Source: Bradymonadia bacterium (GTDB taxonomy: Bacteria; Myxococcota_A; Bradymonadia; UBA7976; UBA1532). Taken from it: DNA of 64,000 nucleotides. This document shows, in pieces, positions 59,395 through 64,000 of the stretch. Within the stretch, counting starts at the first letter, position 1, and the number at the start of each line of letters is the position of its first letter. Below the pieces are notes generated by a model, which had not been told where the DNA came from, did not search any database, and saw only the letters and a list, made by a program, of their open reading frames with translations. The position numbers and the translations under genes are program-made. The stretch covers positions 1-64,000 of the forward strand of contig JBKAGE010000080.1 in the NCBI GenBank assembly GCA_046290225.1, given 5' to 3'.

Positions 59395-61002
59395 TCACTG
59401 ACCACAGAGTAGCCCGTCAGGCATACATTGATGCCCGATGATCGCCTTCGCATTCGACACAGCAATGGGGAAGCATGTGAAGCCCGAAGGGCAACCTGAG
59501 TCATCGAGACAGGCCATCGTGCAGTAAGGCACCGGACCAACATGGACGCAGAGGTTCTCCTCCCCGGGGCAGGCGTCGCTGGTCTCACAGGGCGAGCACA
59601 GCGTGCTCTCGTCAGCCCATGGGGAGCGTCGGGGGTTGTCGCTCAGCCCGTGCACGCCGTACATCACCTGAGCGCTGATCCCCGTGTTGAGATCATTCAG
59701 GATCTGATCGTAGCTCTTCGGCACATGGACCCCGTTCTCCACCTGTGTCAAGTGCCGGAGCACGCCCGTCGACACCCGGGGCAGCTCGACGAGATAGCCG
59801 AAGTCGATGGTGCTGATGACGTCGAGGTTGGTGTTGTCCTTGTTCGGGTGGGCATAAAGCGCGTCGGCGTAGCCTGCGTAGCTCTTGCAGCCATTGAACA
59901 TGAACAGCTGGCTCTTCTCCGGCAGGTCGATGTCGGTGAGCTCAGGAATCGGCAGGGTCACAGTGGGGCTGTACGACACCGTGATCCCGGAGATGCCGTC
60001 GTTGTAACCCGCATGGCCATCGTAGATGACCACGTCGCGTTTGGCGGCGTTGGCCCGGTAGATGTCGAGCAGCTTCTCGTAGCCTGCTTCGTCCTGGGCC
60101 ATGTCGGGGTAATAGAGATACACCTCGATCTTCACCGTCTGCCCACCGGCGACGATCTCGCCAGTGAATGGCCCGCTGTCGAAGGTCAGCTCTTCCATGG
60201 TGGCTACAGGGGGGGTGAGCCCGAGGTGGTACTGCAGTAGCGCGAAGACGTTGAACGCATTGCGTCGATCCCAACGATCCTCGTTGTAGTCACCACCGAC
60301 GTGAATCGACACGTCGAAGACCCCATCTTCAAAGAGCTTGCGGTAGTCGGGGAACGCATCAGGAGTCTTGGGCGAGGGGCTCACATGTAGATCGATGGAG
60401 TCGAGCCACTCATCTTCAAACTGACGTGGATCAAAGCCCGTGAACATGCCGCCGTTGAAGTGCTCAAGCACCTCTGGATCCACCTTCATCATCGCGAGGG
60501 AGAACCACCCATTGGCATCGAGAGGTAACTGAGACATCAAGTTGTCAGGTCCGGCGATGTCGGCCTCGAAGTCGAAGGTCCAGGTGAGGGCTTCGCCTTC
60601 GACAGGCGTGATGTGCATCGCTTCGAAGGACTGCTCCCGAACAGTGCTTCGGAACCCGCCATAGCCATGGTTGGGTTTGTCCGAAAGCTTGCGGGTCAGA
60701 TATGCGAAAAGGAACCCGCTGGTGAGCTGGAACCGCTTCTGCACCAGAAACTGCACCCGGGCCTCGAGGGCCTCGCCGGTGAGCTCGGCATCGCTCTCCG
60801 GGAGCACGAGACGGTGCGTGCCCTTGACCCGAAACTCGCTGGCGATGGGGCTGCGGTAGTCGTCGGCCTTCTCTGGAGGCACTGCCGTGTAGACTGGCGC
60901 CTCGGTGCTGGTCCGCTCTTCCGTGGAGGCGGCGTCATCTCCGGTGTCACACCCGGTGAGGGCAGTGAGAAGCAGCGCAACAGTGACGAGATGTCGAGTC
61001 AT
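59395..61002 (-). CDS. Hypothetical lipoprotein with Cys-rich C-terminus
   Basis: Lipobox LTGC; EKADDY motif; YDGHAG...MFNGCKSY; Cys-rich tail; GGAGG RBS. Confidence 0.75.
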   Translation of the reverse strand: MTRHLVTVALLLTALTGCDTGDDAASTEERTSTEAPVYTAVPPEKADDYRSPIASEFRVKGTHRLVLPESDAELTGEALEARVQFLVQKRFQLTSGFLFAYLTRKLSDKPNHGYGGFRSTVREQSFEAMHITPVEGEALTWTFDFEADIAGPDNLMSQLPLDANGWFSLAMMKVDPEVLEHFNGGMFTGFDPRQFEDEWLDSIDLHVSPSPKTPDAFPDYRKLFEDGVFDVSIHVGGDYNEDRWDRRNAFNVFALLQYHLGLTPPVATMEELTFDSGPFTGEIVAGGQTVKIEVYLYYPDMAQDEAGYEKLLDIYRANAAKRDVVIYDGHAGYNDGISGITVSYSPTVTLPIPELTDIDLPEKSQLFMFNGCKSYAGYADALYAHPNKDNTNLDVISTIDFGYLVELPRVSTGVLRHLTQVENGVHVPKSYDQILNDLNTGISAQVMYGVHGLSDNPRRSPWADESTLCSPCETSDACPGEENLCVHVGPVPYCTMACLDDSGCPSGFTCFPIAVSNAKAIIGHQCMPDGLLCGQ

Positions 61003-61073
61003 GGCGTACCTCCTCCGCAGCGTTGGGGGTTGGGTGGTTTACCGCGTTGTCACCTGGTTTTCAACTCGTCGCC

Positions 61074-63305
61074 TCACCGTGTGGCCACGACCCAGGCCAC
61101 CTCAGTGTGCCAGCTCAGGCTCTGGTTTGCCCAGCGACCTCGGGCCCAACGGGCCAGAGTGTCGAGGGCGCCTGCCGCGAGCAGGTCAGGGTCGAAGTGG
61201 GCTGCGAGGCGCTGCCGGTAGCCTCCGGGGCTGTCAGCCCACCAGCGCGACACGAGGCCCGACGTGCCTTGCAGCGTCATCACCGTGGTGGCGGGGATGA
61301 CCGACGCCTCGAAGCCTGCCTCTGTGAGGATGTGTTGTAGACCTGCTGTACCCCAACGCAGCCTCGGCGTGTCTTCGGCATACACCGCCTCCTCTGCTGA
61401 GGCCCACGCTTCGGCGAGCGCCGGATCGAGGCCGATGAGCGGGGCGAGGGCATGCAGACGCTGGGTCTTCTGGGGGATCATCTCCGCGAGCACCAGCCGA
61501 CCACCCGGCGACATCACGTCGGCCAGGGCCTGCGCAGCCTCTGCTGTGGGCCCTTCAGTGAAGACATCGCGACCGATGACGCGCTCGAAGCGTACGCCAG
61601 CCTCCTGATCAGCCATGACCTTGGGCAACACCTCTATGGCTGACGTGATCAAGGTCGGTCGATGCAGGGGCGGCAGCCCGGCGATCTGGGCCTCTAACGC
61701 CGCCCTCAGCCGCATCGCCTCTCCAGGCTCGGCTTCGCTCACGCAGGCGTACACGCCGCCCTCCGGGGCCTTGCGCAGGGCCTCCCAGGTGAGCAGCCCG
61801 CTGCGCACTCGCACGTCGAGCACCAGATGATGCCGGGCGATCTCCGCCCGCTCGAAGATGCCCGCTCGAAGTGAAGCGAGGCGCTCCCCAGCACCTGAGG
61901 CCGCCCGATGCACCCATCGGTCGAGGCCAGCGTTCACAGGGCCAGTGGTCAAGCCCTCGGGGGCAGCCTCGAACTCCCGTACCGCTGCCACCTGGGCCTC
62001 GCGGCGCCGGGCCACCTGATCTCCGATCTGCGCCTCGTAGCCCTGATCGGATGGCTTGTAGAAGCTCTGCCCCACTAGGCCACTCGGCAGGTATTGCTGG
62101 GCCACCCAATGATCTCGGTAGGCATGGGGGTAGAGATAGCCCGCACCATGGCCGAAGCCCTCTTTGTCGCGGTTCGGATCTTTGAGGTGGTTGGGCACCT
62201 CGCCGTCCCGCTCCTCGCTCACCGTCTTGAGGGCCTCGAAGAAGCCCATGGTGCTGTTGGACTTCGGCGCCGTGGACAGGACCAGGACCGCCTGGGAGAG
62301 GTGATAACGCCCCTCGGGCAAGCCCACTCGGTCGAAGGCGGCGGCGCAGGCCTCCACCCGTACCAGGGCGTCGGGATCAGCGAGACCGATGTCTTCGCTG
62401 GCGAGGATGATCATCCGGCGGAACAGATACCGGGGATCTTCACCGGCATAGATCATCCGGGCCATCCAATAGAGGGCGGCGTCGGGATCGGACCCTCGAA
62501 CGCTCTTGATGAAGGCGCTGATGGCGTCGAAGTGGATGTCGCCTTCTTTGTCGTAGAGCACCGCCCGCTGCTGGATCGACTCCTCGGCCACCTGCAGCGT
62601 GATGACGATGGCGCCGTCATCGCTAGGCTCGGTGGTCGTCACTGCGAGCTCGAGGGCGTTGAGCAGCGCCCGGGCGTCGCCATTGCTGACATCGACGAGG
62701 TGATCGAGGGCGTCGGTCTCGATGGTCACCGGCAGCTCACCGAAGCCACGCTCCGGGGTGGTCAGGGCCCGCGACACCACTGAGCGCAAATCGTCGTTCG
62801 TCAGGGACTGAAGCTGAAACAGGCGAGAGCGGCTCACCAACGCCTTGTTCACCTCGAAGTACGGATTCTCCGTGGTGGCGCCGATGAAGATCACCGTGCC
62901 GTTCTCCACGTGGGGCAGCAGGGCGTCTTGCTGTGACTTGTTGAAGCGGTGCACCTCGTCGACGAACAAGATCGTACGTCGATCGTGCTCGGCTCTGATC
63001 TGGTGCGCGCGCTTGATCGACTCCCGGATGTCCTTCACCCCGGAGAGTACGGCGTTGAGGGCGATGAACTCGGCGGCGGTATGGTTGGCGATGATGCGGG
63101 CCAGCGTGGTCTTGCCCGTGCCTGGGGGGCCATAGAAGATCAGCGACGAGAGCTGATCCGCCTGGATCGCCCGACGCAGCAACCGCCCGGGGCCCACGAT
63201 GCCCCCCTGCCCCACGAACTCATCCAGGGTGCGCGGCCGCATCCGGGCCGCGAGGGGCGCCTCTGCCTCAACCCGGCGCTGACGCCGGTGTTCGAAGAGG
63301 TTCAC
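61074..63305 (-). CDS. rarA: Replication-associated recombination protein A (RarA/MgsA) with C-terminal methyltransferase-like extension
   Basis: PLAARMRP, GPPGTGKTT, VDEVHRFNKSQQDALLP, ATTENP, SAFIKSVRGSDPDAA, EDIGLADP. Confidence 0.92.
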   Translation of the reverse strand: MNLFEHRRQRRVEAEAPLAARMRPRTLDEFVGQGGIVGPGRLLRRAIQADQLSSLIFYGPPGTGKTTLARIIANHTAAEFIALNAVLSGVKDIRESIKRAHQIRAEHDRRTILFVDEVHRFNKSQQDALLPHVENGTVIFIGATTENPYFEVNKALVSRSRLFQLQSLTNDDLRSVVSRALTTPERGFGELPVTIETDALDHLVDVSNGDARALLNALELAVTTTEPSDDGAIVITLQVAEESIQQRAVLYDKEGDIHFDAISAFIKSVRGSDPDAALYWMARMIYAGEDPRYLFRRMIILASEDIGLADPDALVRVEACAAAFDRVGLPEGRYHLSQAVLVLSTAPKSNSTMGFFEALKTVSEERDGEVPNHLKDPNRDKEGFGHGAGYLYPHAYRDHWVAQQYLPSGLVGQSFYKPSDQGYEAQIGDQVARRREAQVAAVREFEAAPEGLTTGPVNAGLDRWVHRAASGAGERLASLRAGIFERAEIARHHLVLDVRVRSGLLTWEALRKAPEGGVYACVSEAEPGEAMRLRAALEAQIAGLPPLHRPTLITSAIEVLPKVMADQEAGVRFERVIGRDVFTEGPTAEAAQALADVMSPGGRLVLAEMIPQKTQRLHALAPLIGLDPALAEAWASAEEAVYAEDTPRLRWGTAGLQHILTEAGFEASVIPATTVMTLQGTSGLVSRWWADSPGGYRQRLAAHFDPDLLAAGALDTLARWARGRWANQSLSWHTEVAWVVATR

Positions 63306-63312
63306 GGCACGA

Positions 63313-63894
63313 TCAACCTTCCAAGGCCTCGAGGCCGCCGAGGATCAACTCGCACATGGCCTCTGCCCGGGCCTGGAGCGTCAGCGGATCATGTTCGATC
63401 CGCCCATCGGCGGCGAGGGTGGCCAGGCCATGGATCGCCGCCCAGGCAAGCTCGTCGGCCTCGGGGCCAAGGGCTTCTTCGGGGTCGACGCCACGCTCGG
63501 CGTAGACCGCATCGAGGGCGTGGGTGATGCCGAGTGGCGGTGCATCTGTGGCGGGACCATGGGGGCCGTATACCAAACGAAAGAGGTGGGTACGATGCAC
63601 AGCGAACTCGACATAGGCGGTGATCAGCTGCAGCAGACGCTCTTCACCTGTGCCTTCTGCCGCCGCGTCCACGGTCATCTGCACCAACGCCTCGTGGTGC
63701 GTGGCCGCCACGACGCCGAGGATCGCGCTCTTGTCCTTGAAGTGCCGGTAAGCCGCTGCCGGATCCACCTGCAGCGTGCGTGCGCACGCCCTCAAGCTGA
63801 GCTGCTCGGCACCGTCAGCTTCGACGCGTTGGGTGGCCTCTTCCAAGAGAGCACGGCGTAAGTCACCGTGATGATATCGATCTCGCTTGCCCAT
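63313..63894 (-). CDS. TetR family regulator
   Basis: YHHGDLRRALL...LSLRACAR...AAYRHF..K; WAAIHG. Confidence 0.9.
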   Translation of the reverse strand: MGKRDRYHHGDLRRALLEEATQRVEADGAEQLSLRACARTLQVDPAAAYRHFKDKSAILGVVAATHHEALVQMTVDAAAEGTGEERLLQLITAYVEFAVHRTHLFRLVYGPHGPATDAPPLGITHALDAVYAERGVDPEEALGPEADELAWAAIHGLATLAADGRIEHDPLTLQARAEAMCELILGGLEALEG

Positions 63895-63896
63895 AC

Positions 63897-64000
63897 TTAC
63901 CCCGTCAGTCGATTTACAGCGTCGTGGAACTCCCGCACCACCTCTTCGACGATCTGCCCGATGGGCTTCACGTCGTGGATCGTGCTCACCCCCTGGCCCG
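63897..64000 (-). CDS. C-terminal fragment of a probable nitronate monooxygenase/FabK-like flavoprotein (partial)
   Basis: Reads GQGVSTIHDVKPIGQIVEEVVREF...TG-stop, a typical C-terminus of this family; truncated by window edge. Confidence 0.55.
   Translation of the reverse strand, partial: GQGVSTIHDVKPIGQIVEEVVREFHDAVNRLTG

Noticed and set aside
39..59441. ORFs containing VPVPVPVP, ARARARAR or GHGHGHGH (e.g. 39..623, 1480..2286, 33840..34388, 34330..34977, 51329..51937, 58879..59373, and the 14379 extension of ccoI)
   Set aside because: They are translations of the (GTGCCC)n arms. Frames are not conserved between copies and most overlap real genes.

Overview
GC-rich bacterial window whose gene content looks Myxococcota/deltaproteobacteria-like (Cys-rich lipoproteins, fused ccoNO, icmF); the taxonomy is inference. 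Housekeeping and metabolic genes: a complete cbb3 oxidase cluster (ccoS-ccoNO-ccoQ-ccoP-ccoG-fixH-TauE/DsbD-like-ccoI-hemN), glyQS, icmF, tmcA, map, rarA, a TrmH methylase, GST, an aldo/keto reductase and an SDR. Most notable non-standard features: (1) six copies of a non-coding ~340-350 bp palindromic element whose arms (88 bp in the best-preserved copy) contain (GTGCCC)4-5, with copy-specific compensatory and G-U-compatible changes and no transposase in the window; two copies bracket a HEAT-repeat gene like a cassette. (2) A lower-GC module encoding a divergent RelA/SpoT-type small alarmone synthetase followed by a glycine-zipper two-TM protein, coupled to a third gene with an internal twin-arginine-like motif; this is a candidate signalling/defence or toxSAS system. 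(3) A Cys-repeat lipoprotein with an Ntox16-like C-terminus. (4) A ~1.7 kaa coiled-coil protein ending in an EF-hand plus calpain-like protease. (5) An HTH-only LysR facing an ATAC-N7-GTAT box. (6) A Phd-ParE/RelE toxin-antitoxin pair next to an orphan SUKH-like gene. (7) A lipoprotein peptidase split by one in-frame TAA. No rRNA, tRNA or CRISPR array was seen. All family calls come from motifs read by eye, not database searches.
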